A DNA stretch of 32,044 nt from Thermoflexales bacterium (GTDB taxonomy: Bacteria; Chloroflexota; Anaerolineae; B4-G1; DUEL01), in the NCBI GenBank assembly GCA_037445395.1, contig JBBIKR010000023.1, positions 1-32,044 on the forward strand, written 5' to 3'. Under the pieces are notes generated by a model. The model was not told where the DNA came from, made no database searches, and was given only the letters and a program-made list of their open reading frames with translations. Made by a program: the position numbers and the translations under genes. Shown here piece by piece: positions 17,176 through 27,387 of the stretch; position 1 is the first letter of the stretch, and the number at the start of each line of letters is the position of its first letter.

Positions 17176-18594
17176 ATGACCCAATCTGCGTCTCATCCGC
17201 GTTCATCCGTACCTGATTCGCCCACCCGCGACCTGGCCGGGAAGCGGGCAGTGGTCCTGGGACTGGCCCGCCAGGGGGTGGCGATGGCCCGCTTCCTGGC
17301 CCGCGCCGGTGCCCGGGTCACCGTATCCGACTTAAAAACGAAAAGCGAACTGGCCGACCGCCTTGCCGAACTGGCCGACCTGCCCGTCCGCTACGCCCTG
17401 GGCGGCCACCCCATGTCGCTGCTGCGGGGGGCCGACCTGATCTGCGTCAGCGGAGGGGTGCCGCTGGACATCCCGCTGCTGGTGGAGGCGCGGCGGCGAG
17501 GCATCCCGCTGGTCAGCGACGCGCAGTTGTTCCTGGAGCGCTGCCCGGCGACGGCCATCGGCATCACCGGCTCCGCGGGCAAGACGACGACGACTGCTCT
17601 GGTCGGGGAGATGTGCCGGGCCGCTGGACGCCGAACCTGGGTCGGCGGCAACATCGGCAACCCGCTCCTGGATGACCTGGAGCGCATCGCGCCGGACGAC
17701 CTGGTGGTGATGGAACTCTCCAGTTTCCAACTGGAACTGGTGACGGTCAGCCCGCCCATAGCCGCGGTGCTCAACATCACGCCCAACCACCTGGACCGGC
17801 ACGGGACGATGGAGGCGTACATCGCGGCCAAACGGCGCATCGTCGCCTTCCAGAGGCCGGAGGACTGGACCGTCCTGGGGTTTGACGACGCCAACGCCCG
17901 CGCGCTGGCGCTGGCGACTCCGGCCCGCGTTCTCTTCTTCAGCCGGGGCGTTCAGGTGGACCAGGGGGCGTACAAGACCAACGGCCAATTGGCCCTGCGG
18001 CTGGGCGGCCGGGAGGAGGTCATCTGCGACCGGGCGGAGGTCCGTCTGCGGGGGGAGCACAACCTGCTGAACGTTCTGGCGGCCTGCGCGCTGGCGGGAG
18101 TGGTCGGCATACCGGTGGAGGCCATGCGGCAGGTGATTCGGACTTTCCCCGGCGTGGAGCACCGGCTGGAGTTCGTCCGGGAGTGGCGCGGGGTCCAGTG
18201 GTACGACGACTCTATCGCCACCGCGCCGGAGCGGGTGGTGGCGGCCCTGCGGTCGTTCACCGAGCCCATTGTCCTGCTGGCCGGGGGGCGGGATAAGAAG
18301 TTGCCCTGGGAGGAGTTTGCGCAGGAGGCCGTGCAGCGGGTCCGTTACCTCATCACCTTCGGCGAGGCCGGGGAGATGATTGCCGGGAAGGTGGAGGAGG
18401 CCGCACGGGCCGCTTCGGGGCAGCTGGAGAGAGTCCAGCGGGTACGGACGCTGGAGGAGGCAGTGGAAGCCGCCGCGCGGGCCGCCCGTCCAGGGGACGT
18501 GGTGCTCCTCTCCCCCGGCGGCACCAGTTTTGACGCCTTCCGGGACTTCGCCGAGCGCGGCGACCGGTTTAAGGAACTGGTACAGAAGTTGTAG
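17176..18594 (+). CDS. murD: UDP-MurNAc-L-Ala--D-Glu ligase
   Basis: VLGLARQG, GITGSAGKTTT, GGNIG, ELSSFQL, NITPNHLDRH, EHRLE, LLSPGGTSFD. Confidence 0.95.
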   Translation: MTQSASHPRSSVPDSPTRDLAGKRAVVLGLARQGVAMARFLARAGARVTVSDLKTKSELADRLAELADLPVRYALGGHPMSLLRGADLICVSGGVPLDIPLLVEARRRGIPLVSDAQLFLERCPATAIGITGSAGKTTTTALVGEMCRAAGRRTWVGGNIGNPLLDDLERIAPDDLVVMELSSFQLELVTVSPPIAAVLNITPNHLDRHGTMEAYIAAKRRIVAFQRPEDWTVLGFDDANARALALATPARVLFFSRGVQVDQGAYKTNGQLALRLGGREEVICDRAEVRLRGEHNLLNVLAACALAGVVGIPVEAMRQVIRTFPGVEHRLEFVREWRGVQWYDDSIATAPERVVAALRSFTEPIVLLAGGRDKKLPWEEFAQEAVQRVRYLITFGEAGEMIAGKVEEAARAASGQLERVQRVRTLEEAVEAAARAARPGDVVLLSPGGTSFDAFRDFAERGDRFKELVQKL

Positions 18595-18630
18595 AACGCG
18601 GGTTCACATTTCATCTGCGTCCGGGTCAAT

Positions 18631-19824
18631 ATGAGAGAATCCCGACCGCCCGATTATCTGCTGATCCTGACCACCGCGGCCCTGGTGATGCTGGGGCTGC
18701 TGATGGTCTACAGCACGACCTTTGACTGGGGCTACGGCGATTTCCAAAACCCCTTCTACTGGCTCCAGCGGCAGGTCCTGTGGGTGATACTGGGTGTGGC
18801 CGTGGCCGTGGTACTGGCCCGGACAGACTACACCCTCTGGCGAGACTGGGCAGTGCCGCTGCTGGGCGGGACTCTGCTACTGCTCCTGCTGGTGCTGGTG
18901 GCTGGTCGTCCGCAGTGGGGCGCCCAGCGCTCGTTACTGGGGAGGTCCGTCCAGCCGGGGGAACTGGCAAAGGTCACGACGGTGGTCTACGCGGCCGCGT
19001 GGGCCTCATCCAAAGGGGAGCGCATCCGGGACCTCTCCTACGGCCTGATTCCCTTCTCCGTCTGGATAGGGTTGGTGGCGGGACTGGTGGCCCTCCAGCC
19101 GGACCTGAGCGCGACGGCGGTGCTGGTCTTCGCCGGGTTTCTGGTCTTTTTCCTTTCCGGCGCCCATATCGGGCAGTTGTTCATCGCCGGGCTGATGGGC
19201 ACGGCGGTCTTCTGGGGATTGATCACCGTGTACCCGCACGCCCACGAGCGGTTTGAGGCCTTCCTGGCGGGGCTGAAGGACCCGTCGCTCCTGCCGTACC
19301 ACCCGCTGCAGGCGCTCTACGCGCTGGCCAGTGGCGGCCTCTTCGGTGTGGGGCTGGGGGAGGGACGGGTGAAGTTCTACCTGCCCGCGGCCCACACCGA
19401 CGCCATTTTCGCCGTCATCGGGGAGGAACTGGGACTGTTTGGGTGTCTCCTGGTGGTCGGGCTGTTCGGGGTGCTGGCCTGGCGGGGCTTCCGCATCGCT
19501 CTGCGCGCAAAGGACAGTTTCGGCGGACTGCTGGCCGCAGGGCTGACAGGTCTTCTGGTCTTCCAGGCCGTGCTTAATATGGGCGTCATCGCTTCGCTGC
19601 TTCCGTTTACCGGGACCAACCTGCCGTTCATCGGCATGGGGGGCTCATCACTGGTGACCTCGCTGGCGGCGGTGGGGCTCCTGGAGAGCGTCGCGCGGGG
19701 GCGCCCACCCCGCCGCTGGAAGGGAGAGGAATTCCAGCCACAGAGGACACAGCGGGCGCAGAGTGGAAATGGAAATGAATTAAAAATCAAACATTCTCTG
19801 CGGTCTTCGCGTCCTCTGCGGTGA
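18631..19824 (+). CDS. ftsW: SEDS peptidoglycan polymerase FtsW
   Basis: QPGELAK, QPD, PAAHTDAIFAVIGEELG, TGTNLPF; lies between murD and murG. Confidence 0.92.
   Translation: MRESRPPDYLLILTTAALVMLGLLMVYSTTFDWGYGDFQNPFYWLQRQVLWVILGVAVAVVLARTDYTLWRDWAVPLLGGTLLLLLLVLVAGRPQWGAQRSLLGRSVQPGELAKVTTVVYAAAWASSKGERIRDLSYGLIPFSVWIGLVAGLVALQPDLSATAVLVFAGFLVFFLSGAHIGQLFIAGLMGTAVFWGLITVYPHAHERFEAFLAGLKDPSLLPYHPLQALYALASGGLFGVGLGEGRVKFYLPAAHTDAIFAVIGEELGLFGCLLVVGLFGVLAWRGFRIALRAKDSFGGLLAAGLTGLLVFQAVLNMGVIASLLPFTGTNLPFIGMGGSSLVTSLAAVGLLESVARGRPPRRWKGEEFQPQRTQRAQSGNGNELKIKHSLRSSRPLR
19738..19824. repeat. CAGAG/CTCTG imperfect inverted repeat encoding the FtsW C-terminal tail
   Basis: CCACAGAGGACACAGCGGGCGCAGAG, AT-rich spacer, CTCTGCGGTCTTCGCGTCCTCTGCGGTGA. 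Confidence 0.75.
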
Positions 19825-19840
19825 GAAAAAGGGAAAAACG

Positions 19841-20938
19841 GTGTATCTCTGGATCGCCGGAGGGGGAACGGGCGGGCACGTCTATCCGGGCCTGGCCGTC
19901 CTGGAGGCCTTGAGGGCCGAGGGGCCGGTGGACGTGCTCTACGTGGGCGGCCGCGGGAGCGTGGAGGAACGGCTGGTTGCCCGCACGGGGCTGCCCTTTG
20001 CTGGAATCCCGGCGGGGGGCCTGCACGGGCTGGCGCCCTGGCGGGCCGCGCGTAATCTGGTCAAACTGGCGCAGGGATTCTTTGCGGCGCTGCGGCTGGG
20101 CCGTCGGCGCCGCCCGGATGCGCTCTTCGTCACTGGCGGCTATGCCAGCGTGCCGGTGGCGCTGGCCGCCTGGGCCCTGCGGGTGCCCATCCTGCTGTAT
20201 CTACCGGACATTGAGCCGGGGCTGGCGGTGCGGTTCATCGCCCGCCTGGCGACCCGTATCGGGGTCACCGTGGAGGACTCCCGGGCCTTCCTTCCGGCCC
20301 ACAAGGTGGTGGTGACGGGCTATCCGGTCCGGCCTGAATTCGCCGGAATAGACCGGATGGCGGCACGAGCGGCACTGGGGTTGCCGGAGGGGGAACTGGT
20401 GCTCCTGGTGTTCGGGGGCAGCAAGGGCGCCCGGAGCATCAACCAGGCGGTGGTGGAGAACCTGGAGGAGTTGCTGGAGGTGGCGCACGTGGTCCACATC
20501 AGCGGGGAGCGGGACTGGTCCTGGGTGGTGGCGCGGGCCGATGCGCTTCCGGCGACCGCGCGGGGCCGCTACCACCCGTACCCATATCTGCACGGAGCGG
20601 CGATGGGGCAGGCGCTGGCGGCGGCGGACCTGGCCGTCTGCCGGGCCGGGGCGTCCACCCTGGGGGAGTTGCCGTACTTTGGGCTGCCCGCCGTCCTGGT
20701 CCCATATCCCTACGCCTGGCGCTACCAGAAAGTGAATGCCGACTGGCTGGCCTCGCGCGGCGCGGCAGTCGTCCTGGAGGACGCGCGTCTGGGGGAGGAA
20801 CTGGTACCGACGGTACGGTCGCTGCTGGAGGACCCGGCGCGGCTGGCCGAAATGCGGGCGCAGGTGGGAGCGCTGGCCCGCCCCGACGCATCCCGGAAGT
20901 TGGCCCGGTTGCTGGCAGAGATCAGGGGAGTGCCATGA
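19841..20938 (+). CDS. murG: lipid I GlcNAc transferase
   Basis: GGGTGGHVYP, TGGYAS, TGYPVR, GGSKGA, RAGASTLGE, Q..NA. Confidence 0.96.
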   Translation: MYLWIAGGGTGGHVYPGLAVLEALRAEGPVDVLYVGGRGSVEERLVARTGLPFAGIPAGGLHGLAPWRAARNLVKLAQGFFAALRLGRRRRPDALFVTGGYASVPVALAAWALRVPILLYLPDIEPGLAVRFIARLATRIGVTVEDSRAFLPAHKVVVTGYPVRPEFAGIDRMAARAALGLPEGELVLLVFGGSKGARSINQAVVENLEELLEVAHVVHISGERDWSWVVARADALPATARGRYHPYPYLHGAAMGQALAAADLAVCRAGASTLGELPYFGLPAVLVPYPYAWRYQKVNADWLASRGAAVVLEDARLGEELVPTVRSLLEDPARLAEMRAQVGALARPDASRKLARLLAEIRGVP

Positions 20939-21462
20939 TGCCACTGAATACGTTCTTCTGGCTGGTCGTCCTGATGTTCGGCTTCATCGGCGCGCTGCGG
21001 GGATGGGTGCGGGAGTTGCTGGTCACTCTGGCCATTATTTCCGCCTACTTCCTGCGCTGGCTGTTTATGTACATTGTTCCGTTCCTGAAGGACTACCTCT
21101 CAGCCCGCTCCCCTACGGAGCAGTTTTACATTTTCAGCGCCCTTTTTGTCATCATGGCTCTTTTCGGCTACGCCGGACCGGTCGTGTCGCCCTATCTGGC
21201 CGGCAAAGCCCGACGGGAGAAAATTCAGGACCTGATCCTGGGGTTCGTCATCGGAGCATTTAACGGTTATTTGCTGGCAGGGACCATCTGGGGATTTCTC
21301 CACGATGCGGGGTACGGAATCTGGGGAATTGCGGCACCGCCGGAGGGTTCTGCGGCAGCCCAACTGGTCACCCATTTCCTGCCCCGGACCTGGATGACCA
21401 ATAACCTGATCCTGATCCTGACCGGGGTGACGCTGATCGTGGTGCTGGTGGTATTGCTGTGA
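20935..21462 (+). CDS. CvpA-like membrane protein
   Basis: About 5 hydrophobic segments; FGFIGALRGWVREL and D.ILGFVIGAFNG resemble the CvpA family; 4-nt overlaps with murG and murC. Confidence 0.7.
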   Translation: MMPLNTFFWLVVLMFGFIGALRGWVRELLVTLAIISAYFLRWLFMYIVPFLKDYLSARSPTEQFYIFSALFVIMALFGYAGPVVSPYLAGKARREKIQDLILGFVIGAFNGYLLAGTIWGFLHDAGYGIWGIAAPPEGSAAAQLVTHFLPRTWMTNNLILILTGVTLIVVLVVLL

Positions 21463-22844
21463 ATTCGTTTGCAGGTCGCCACGTCCACCTTATCGGCATC
21501 GGCGGAGCCGGGCTCTCCGCCATCGCCCGGGTGCTGATGGAGCGGGGGGCCGTCGTCTCCGGCTCCGACCTCGCCCTCTCTCCGGCGGCGGAAGCGCTGG
21601 CGCGGGACGGCGCGCGGGTCTACATGGGCCACCGGGCCGAACACATCGCTGGGGCCGATGTAGTGATTGTCTCGTCGGCGGTGCGGGAGGATAACCCCGA
21701 GGTCCGGGCGGCGCGGGCGGCGGGCATGCCGGTACTCCGCCGCGCGGGCGTCCTGGGGCAACTGATGGAAGGGTACATCGGCATCGCCGTCGCCGGGACG
21801 CACGGGAAGACGACCACGACGGCGATGGTCGCGACGATTCTCTGGGAGGCCGGACTGGACCCCACCTTCATCATCGGCGGGACGCTGGCCGGGCCGGGGA
21901 TCAACGCCCGCGCAGGCGGCGGGCCGCACTTCGTGGTAGAGGCCGACGAGTACGACCGGACGTTTCTGGGGTTTTCACCACGGATTGCCGTCGTGACCAA
22001 CGTGGAGCACGACCACCCGGATTGCTATCCAACCTTTGAGGACTTCCGGGCCGCCTTCGCGGAGTTTGTCGCCCGGATTCCGCCCGATGGCCTGCTGGTG
22101 GCCTGCTGGGACCACCCGGTGGCGCGGGAACTGGGCCGGGAACGGCAGGCCCGGGGAGGGCGGGTGGTCTTCTACGGCCGGGAAAAGGGCGCGGAGTGGA
22201 CGGCCCGGCGGGTCCACGCCAACCCGTCCGGCGGGACGGACTTCTCCGCCGTCCGGTCTGGGCGGACGCTGGGGGAGGTACGGCTGCGGGTGCCGGGGGA
22301 GCACAACGTCCTGAACGCGCTGGCCGCGCTGGCGGTCGCCGACGAGGTGGGGGTGCCCTTTCCCACGGCCCGCGCGGCGCTGGGAGGATTCCGGGGCGTG
22401 GGACGCCGTTTTGAGATCAAGGGCGAGGCGGAGGGTGTCGTCGTTGTGGACGATTATGCCCATCATCCCACCGAAATTCGGGCGACGCTGGCGGCGGCGC
22501 GGGAGCGCTTCCCCGGCCGGAGAGTCTGGGCGGTCTGGCAGCCGCACACGTACAGCCGAACGAAGGTGCTTCTGGAGGACTTCGCCCAGGCCTTTGACGG
22601 AGCCGACCATGTGGTGGTTCTGCCCATTTACGCGGCGCGGGAATCCGACACGCTGGGCGTCAGCAGCGCCGACGTGGTGGCCCGGATGCGTCACCCTGAC
22701 GCACGGCTGGTGGGGTCGCGGGAGGAGGCCGTGGCGCTCCTGGGCACGGAGGTCCGCCCCGGCGACGTGGTCCTGACCCTGGGCGCGGGCGATGGGGATA
22801 AGGTGGGGGAGTGGCTTCTGGAAGTGCTCCGGCGTGAAACGTGA
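21459..22844 (+). CDS. murC: UDP-MurNAc--L-Ala ligase
   Basis: HLIGIGGAGLS, GTHGKTTT, EADEYD, DHPD, GVGRRFE, DDYAHHPTE, QPHTYSRT. Confidence 0.96.
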   Translation: MNSFAGRHVHLIGIGGAGLSAIARVLMERGAVVSGSDLALSPAAEALARDGARVYMGHRAEHIAGADVVIVSSAVREDNPEVRAARAAGMPVLRRAGVLGQLMEGYIGIAVAGTHGKTTTTAMVATILWEAGLDPTFIIGGTLAGPGINARAGGGPHFVVEADEYDRTFLGFSPRIAVVTNVEHDHPDCYPTFEDFRAAFAEFVARIPPDGLLVACWDHPVARELGRERQARGGRVVFYGREKGAEWTARRVHANPSGGTDFSAVRSGRTLGEVRLRVPGEHNVLNALAALAVADEVGVPFPTARAALGGFRGVGRRFEIKGEAEGVVVVDDYAHHPTEIRATLAAARERFPGRRVWAVWQPHTYSRTKVLLEDFAQAFDGADHVVVLPIYAARESDTLGVSSADVVARMRHPDARLVGSREEAVALLGTEVRPGDVVLTLGAGDGDKVGEWLLEVLRRET

Positions 22845-22878
22845 AACGTGAAGCGTGAAACGTGAAACGTGAAACGTG
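22833..22878 (+). repeat. heptamer tandem array (CGTGAAR) x6.6
   Basis: Seen directly; contains the murC stop codon. Confidence 0.92.
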
Positions 22879-22891
22879 GGGAGGTGGACGG

Positions 22892-23035
22892 ATGTCAACC
22901 CAAAGTGAGCGGGCGTGGGGACGGCTGCAACGGGTGCGACGGCGACGGCGGAGGCGAAACGTCTCTGCCTGCGAGGTCCTGGCGGCCAAAATAGAACTGG
23001 TGCAGGCCCAGAAAAGGTCCCGCTCCGGGCGGTAG
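22892..23035 (+). CDS. 47-aa Arg-rich small protein (not in ORF track)
   Basis: GGAGGT RBS, ATG 22892, TAG 23033-35; MSTQSERAWGRLQRVRRRRRRRNVSACEVLAAKIELVQAQKRSRSGR. Confidence 0.6.
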   Translation: MSTQSERAWGRLQRVRRRRRRRNVSACEVLAAKIELVQAQKRSRSGR

Positions 23036-23064
23036 CAATCTTCTCTGTGCCCTTGCGGTGAGAT

Positions 23065-23991
23065 ATGAATTTCGCTTCCCTTCTGGAATGGGCCGCGGGA
23101 CTGGGGGAGCGGGCGCGGCGGGATGAACCGCTGGCTCCTTACACCGCGATGCGCGTCGGCGGGCCCGCCGACCTGCTGGTCGTCTGCCGGACGACGGAGG
23201 AGGTAGTGGAGGCAGTGAGGCGGGCGCGCGCGGCAGGGGTCCCGTGGCGGGTTCTCGGCGGCGGCTGCAATGTCCTGGTCTCCGACGCAGGGGTACGGGG
23301 GCTGGTGGTCATCCACCGGGCCGACCGGACCCGTATAGAGGCCGACGGCGCGGTCTGGGCGGAGGCCGGGGCGCCGATGGCCGCGCTGGCCCGGGAGACG
23401 GCCGCCCGCGGCCTGGCCGGGCTGGAGTGGGCGGCAGGGCTTCCCGGCACCGTCGGTGGGGCGGTGGTGGGGAACGCCGGCGCCTTCGGGGGTGACATCG
23501 CGTCCGTTCTCCGCAGCGTCACCCTGCTGGAACTCAATGGGGAGGTGACCGAACGGCCCGCCGGGTGGATGGAGTTCTCCTACCGGGAGAGCCGGATCAA
23601 GCGGATGCCGCACCCGGAGCGGCCTGTCGTCCTGGCGGCGACATTCGCCCTGGCGCCCGGCGACCCGGCCGCGCTGGCGGCCCGGATAGACGAGATTCTG
23701 GCCTGGCGGCGGACCCGTCATCCCTCGGGAGCCACAATGGGGTCCACCTTCAAGAACCCGCCCGGAAACCACGCGGGGCGGCTGATAGAGGCGGCGGGCC
23801 TGAAGGGGTACCGCATCGGCAGGGCGATGGTCTCGGAACTGCACGCCAATTTTCTCATCAATACCGGCTCCGCCACTGCCGCCGACGTCCGGGCGCTCAT
23901 CCGGCACATCCAGGCGGAGGTGGAGCGGCAGTTTGGGGTCCGGCTGGAGATGGAGGTGGAGTTCGTTGGGGAAATGGATGACGAAAAATGA
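23065..23991 (+). CDS. murB: UDP-N-acetylenolpyruvoylglucosamine reductase
   Basis: RVGGPAD, GGGCNVL, GLPGTVGGAVVGNAGA, FSYRES, GSTFKNP, HANF. Confidence 0.96.
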   Translation: MNFASLLEWAAGLGERARRDEPLAPYTAMRVGGPADLLVVCRTTEEVVEAVRRARAAGVPWRVLGGGCNVLVSDAGVRGLVVIHRADRTRIEADGAVWAEAGAPMAALARETAARGLAGLEWAAGLPGTVGGAVVGNAGAFGGDIASVLRSVTLLELNGEVTERPAGWMEFSYRESRIKRMPHPERPVVLAATFALAPGDPAALAARIDEILAWRRTRHPSGATMGSTFKNPPGNHAGRLIEAAGLKGYRIGRAMVSELHANFLINTGSATAADVRALIRHIQAEVERQFGVRLEMEVEFVGEMDDEK

Positions 23992-24045
23992 CCAATGACC
24001 AAATGACCAATGAAGAATGAATCATTCTTCGTGTCTTTGTGGTTA
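23987..24045 (+). repeat. (AATGACC)n heptamer array plus CTTCGTGTCTTTGTGG half-element
   Basis: About 5 degenerate units containing the murB stop, then a motif shared with 25282-25308 and 28563-28572. Confidence 0.75.
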
Positions 24046-24059
24046 CTAAAAGGAGGGCG

Positions 24060-25193
24060 GTGAGCAGGAAAATACGGGTAGGGATTCTGTTCGGAGGGCG
24101 GTCGGGTGAACACGAGATTAGCCTGATCTCGGCCCGTTCGGTGATGGGGGTGATGGACCGGGAAAAGTACGAGGTCATCCCCATCGGTATCACCCGCGAT
24201 GGGCGCTGGCTGGGTTCCGGTGACCCGATGGCAGCACTGGTGCAGGGGGATGAGGGCCTCAGCGGCCCGGTCGCGCTGCTGGGCGACCCGGCGCATCGGG
24301 GCATCGTCTCCCTGAAAGAACTGGAGCCGCACCTGGCCCGCGCGCTCCTGGCTGAACTGGACGTGGTCTTCCCGGTCCTGCACGGGCCCTACGGGGAGGA
24401 CGGGACGGTCCAGGGGCTCCTGGACCTGGCCGGCATCCCGTACGTGGGGGCTGGAGTGACCGCCTCGGCGCTGGGGATGGACAAGGTCATCTTCAAAGAC
24501 GTTATGCGGGCCCATGGCCTGCCCGTCGTGAGGTACATCGTGGTCAAGCGGAAGGAGTGGGAGCGGGACCCGGAGGCGGTGCTGGACCGGGTGGAGGGCG
24601 AACTGGGGTATCCCGTCTTCACCAAACCGGCGAATCTGGGCTCCAGCGTCGGCGTGAACAAGTGCCGCAATCGGGAAGAACTGACGCGGGGGCTGGCTGA
24701 TGCGGCCCGCTACGACCGAAAGTTGCTGGTGGAGGCCGCCGTCCCGCAGGCACGGGAGATTGAGGTGAGCGTCCTGGGGAACGACGACCCCATCGCGTCG
24801 GTGCCGGGGGAGATCATCCCCAGCCGGGAGTTCTACAGTTACGCCGCCAAGTATCTGGACGACGGGGAGCGGGCGTCCCGATTGCTCATTCCCGCCCCTC
24901 TGGACCCGGAAATGGCGGAGCGGGCGCGCGATCTGGCCATTCGGGCCTATCTGGCGGTGGACTGTGCCGGGATGGCGCGGGTGGATTTCCTGCTCTCCCG
25001 GGAGACGGGGGAACTCTACGTCAGCGAGTTGAACACCATTCCGGGCTTCACGGCGATCAGCATGTACCCGAAGTTGTGGGAGGCCAGCGGCATCCCGTAC
25101 CCGGAGTTGATTGACCGGCTCATCCAGTTGGCGCTGGAGCGCCACGCCGACCGGGCACGATGCGCGGTGGTTTATCAGCCGGAGGAGTGTTGA
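24060..25193 (+). CDS. ddl: D-alanine--D-alanine ligase
   Basis: GGRSGEHEIS, LHGPYGEDG, KPANLGSSVG, FYSYAAKY, ELNTIPG; GTG after AGGAGG. Confidence 0.96.
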   Translation: MSRKIRVGILFGGRSGEHEISLISARSVMGVMDREKYEVIPIGITRDGRWLGSGDPMAALVQGDEGLSGPVALLGDPAHRGIVSLKELEPHLARALLAELDVVFPVLHGPYGEDGTVQGLLDLAGIPYVGAGVTASALGMDKVIFKDVMRAHGLPVVRYIVVKRKEWERDPEAVLDRVEGELGYPVFTKPANLGSSVGVNKCRNREELTRGLADAARYDRKLLVEAAVPQAREIEVSVLGNDDPIASVPGEIIPSREFYSYAAKYLDDGERASRLLIPAPLDPEMAERARDLAIRAYLAVDCAGMARVDFLLSRETGELYVSELNTIPGFTAISMYPKLWEASGIPYPELIDRLIQLALERHADRARCAVVYQPEEC

Positions 25194-25194
25194 A

Positions 25195-25308
25195 AACCAC
25201 CAGGATGCGAAGGGTTGGGAAATAAAAAGAATTCCTCGTGTCCTGGTGTCTTCGCAGCGAATAGAAAAGATTGAGGAAAATCTTCGTGTCTTGGTGTCTT
25301 CGTGGTGA
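25195..25308. repeat. CTTCGTGTC 9-mer-based repeat, two right-hand blocks
   Basis: CCTCGTGTCCTGGTGTCTTCGC and CTTCGTGTCTTGGTGTCTTCGTGGTGA separated by A-rich spacers; degenerate left arm ACCACCAGGATGCGAAG. Confidence 0.7.
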
Positions 25309-25323
25309 ACAAAGGAGCAGGAC

Positions 25324-26112
25324 ATGCCTACAGCACGACGAGGCAGTAGACGGCGGCAGAGTTTCCGCCAGAGCGTCCCGCTGGTCATCGGCGGGCGGGT
25401 GCGGTCGGTCTCCCGGCCGGTATCCATCTCGTCCACGTCGGTCCTGGTTTTCTTCGGGGTCTTCCTGATCGGGGTGGTGCTGTGGTTTGCCCTCAGCCCG
25501 CGCTTCTACGTGACCGGAGCGACGGTGATCGGGGCGGGACAGATTCCGGCGGAGGCGATTTTTGCCGCCAGCGGCCTGTATCACCGCCACATTCTCTGGG
25601 CCGACGGGCGGGCGGCGGGGCGGCGGATTCTGGAGGCATTGCCGTCGGTGGAAAGCGCCCAGGTCCTCTGTCTCCTTCCCGCCCGCTGCTTCATTGCGGT
25701 CACCGTGCGGGAGCCGGTGGCCGCCTGGGAGCAGGACAGGACCTACTACTGGGTGGACATGGCGGGCGGCGCGTTCCCGGCCGCCGGGCCGCTGGAGGGG
25801 CGGTGGCGGGTCAGCGGGCCGCTCCCCACCGATGAGCGCGGGCTGGTGTCCCGGGAGGTCCTGGTCGGGCTGGAGGAACTGGAACGGTTGGGAATTCGCC
25901 CGGGCCCGATCCTCTACCGGGAGGGCCGCGGGCTGGTGCTGGAGGACCCTGCCGGGTGGCGGGTGGTCCTGGGCCAGGGGACGGGAATGGCCCGTCGGCT
26001 CCAGGTCTACCTGAAAATCCGTACCCATCTGGTGGAGAACGGCATCACTCCGAGATTCGTGGACGTCCGCTTCCCGGACGCGCCGTATTATTCGGTGACC
26101 AACGACTGGTAG
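25324..26112 (+). CDS. ftsQ: FtsQ/DivIB-like protein
   Basis: Basic N-terminus, one TM, POTRA-like region (LPSVESAQV...VREP), C-terminal VDVRF; lies between ddl and ftsA. Confidence 0.8.
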   Translation: MPTARRGSRRRQSFRQSVPLVIGGRVRSVSRPVSISSTSVLVFFGVFLIGVVLWFALSPRFYVTGATVIGAGQIPAEAIFAASGLYHRHILWADGRAAGRRILEALPSVESAQVLCLLPARCFIAVTVREPVAAWEQDRTYYWVDMAGGAFPAAGPLEGRWRVSGPLPTDERGLVSREVLVGLEELERLGIRPGPILYREGRGLVLEDPAGWRVVLGQGTGMARRLQVYLKIRTHLVENGITPRFVDVRFPDAPYYSVTNDW

Positions 26113-26134
26113 GGGCGACCCTTGCGGTCGCCCT
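26109..26134 (+). repeat. GTAG-type REP
   Basis: GTAG-GGGCGACC-CTTGC-GGTCGCCC; second copy at 30642-30667. Confidence 0.8.
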
Positions 26135-26160
26135 GGGAAAGGTGAGGTCCGGAGGGCCGC

Positions 26161-27381
26161 ATGGAGCAGACGGTCGTCGGCATAGACGTGGGTTCCAGCA
26201 AAATCTGTACCCTGGTGGGGGAAATTCGGGAAGACGTCGGTCTGCGCATCATCGGCGTCGGCATCGTCCCCTCGCGCGGCCTGCGCAAAGGGGCCGTCGT
26301 CAACCTGACCGAGGCGACGGCCGCGATTACCGCATCGGTCCAGGAGGCGGAGCGGTCCTCCGGCTACCGGATTGAGCGGGCCTACGTCAGCCTCAGCGGC
26401 CCCCACATCGCGTCGCTCAACAGCCGCGGGGTGATCGCCGTCCCGCGCCGGGAGGAGGGAATCACGGTGGAGGACGTGGACCGGGCGCTGGACGCGGCGG
26501 GCGCCGTCGCCATCCCCTATAACCGGGAACTGCTCCACATCATCCCGCGCCACTACATTGTGGACGGGCAGGAAGGAGTGCGGGACCCGGTGGGGATGCA
26601 CGGGTTCCGGCTGGAAGTGGAGGCGCATGTGATTACGGCGTCCTCTATGGCGATCCAGAACCTGTCCAAGTGTGTCGCCGCTGCCGGAGTGGAGGTGGAC
26701 GAAATGGTCCTGGGGCCACTGGCGGCGGGAGATGCCGTTCTCACGGAGAACGAGCGGGAGGTCGGGGTGGTGCTGGTGGACATCGGCGGCGGCACCACCG
26801 ACATCGCGATTTTCATTGACGGGACGGTCTGGCATACGGCGTCGCTGGGCATCGGCGGCGAGTACATCACCAACGACATCGCCATTGGCCTGCGGTTGCC
26901 CACCGAGGTCGCCGAGCAGGTAAAAGTCCGCTACGGCCATGCCCGGCCCGCGCAGGTGGGCCAGGATGAGCGGTTCCCGGCGGAACCGTTCGGCGAGAGC
27001 GGCCCGCAGATGCTCCCGCGCTGGAAGATGGCGGAGATTATTGAAGCCCGCGCGGCAGAGATTCTGGAAATGGTCCAGACCGACATCAAGCGCTCCGGCT
27101 ACGACGGCCTGCTTCCGGCGGGTGTCGTCCTCTGTGGCGGGGTGGCCCAGTTGCCCGGCATGCCGGAACTGGCGCGGGAAGTGCTGGGGCTGCCGGTCCG
27201 GGTGGGCCGTCCCCAGGGGATGGTAGGACTGGTGGACCGGGTCAGCGGGCCGGCCTTCGCCGTCGCGGCCGGTCTGATGGGCTGGGGGATGACCGCCGAC
27301 GTCCGCCGCCCGCTGCCCAGAGGCGGGCCGTCGCTGGGGAAACGGCTCCGGGAGTGGCTGCGCGCGTTACTACCGGGGTGA
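26161..27381 (+). CDS. ftsA: cell division protein FtsA
   Basis: [38 protein letters not shown]-terminal amphipathic helix. Confidence 0.96.
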   Translation: MEQTVVGIDVGSSKICTLVGEIREDVGLRIIGVGIVPSRGLRKGAVVNLTEATAAITASVQEAERSSGYRIERAYVSLSGPHIASLNSRGVIAVPRREEGITVEDVDRALDAAGAVAIPYNRELLHIIPRHYIVDGQEGVRDPVGMHGFRLEVEAHVITASSMAIQNLSKCVAAAGVEVDEMVLGPLAAGDAVLTENEREVGVVLVDIGGGTTDIAIFIDGTVWHTASLGIGGEYITNDIAIGLRLPTEVAEQVKVRYGHARPAQVGQDERFPAEPFGESGPQMLPRWKMAEIIEARAAEILEMVQTDIKRSGYDGLLPAGVVLCGGVAQLPGMPELAREVLGLPVRVGRPQGMVGLVDRVSGPAFAVAAGLMGWGMTADVRRPLPRGGPSLGKRLREWLRALLPG

Positions 27382-27387
27382 GGAGAA

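Noticed and set aside
24829-24860. Ddl as a Van-type D-Ala-D-Lac ligase
   Set aside because: The omega loop FYSYAAKY is the ordinary D-Ala-D-Ala type and the gene sits in the dcw cluster.
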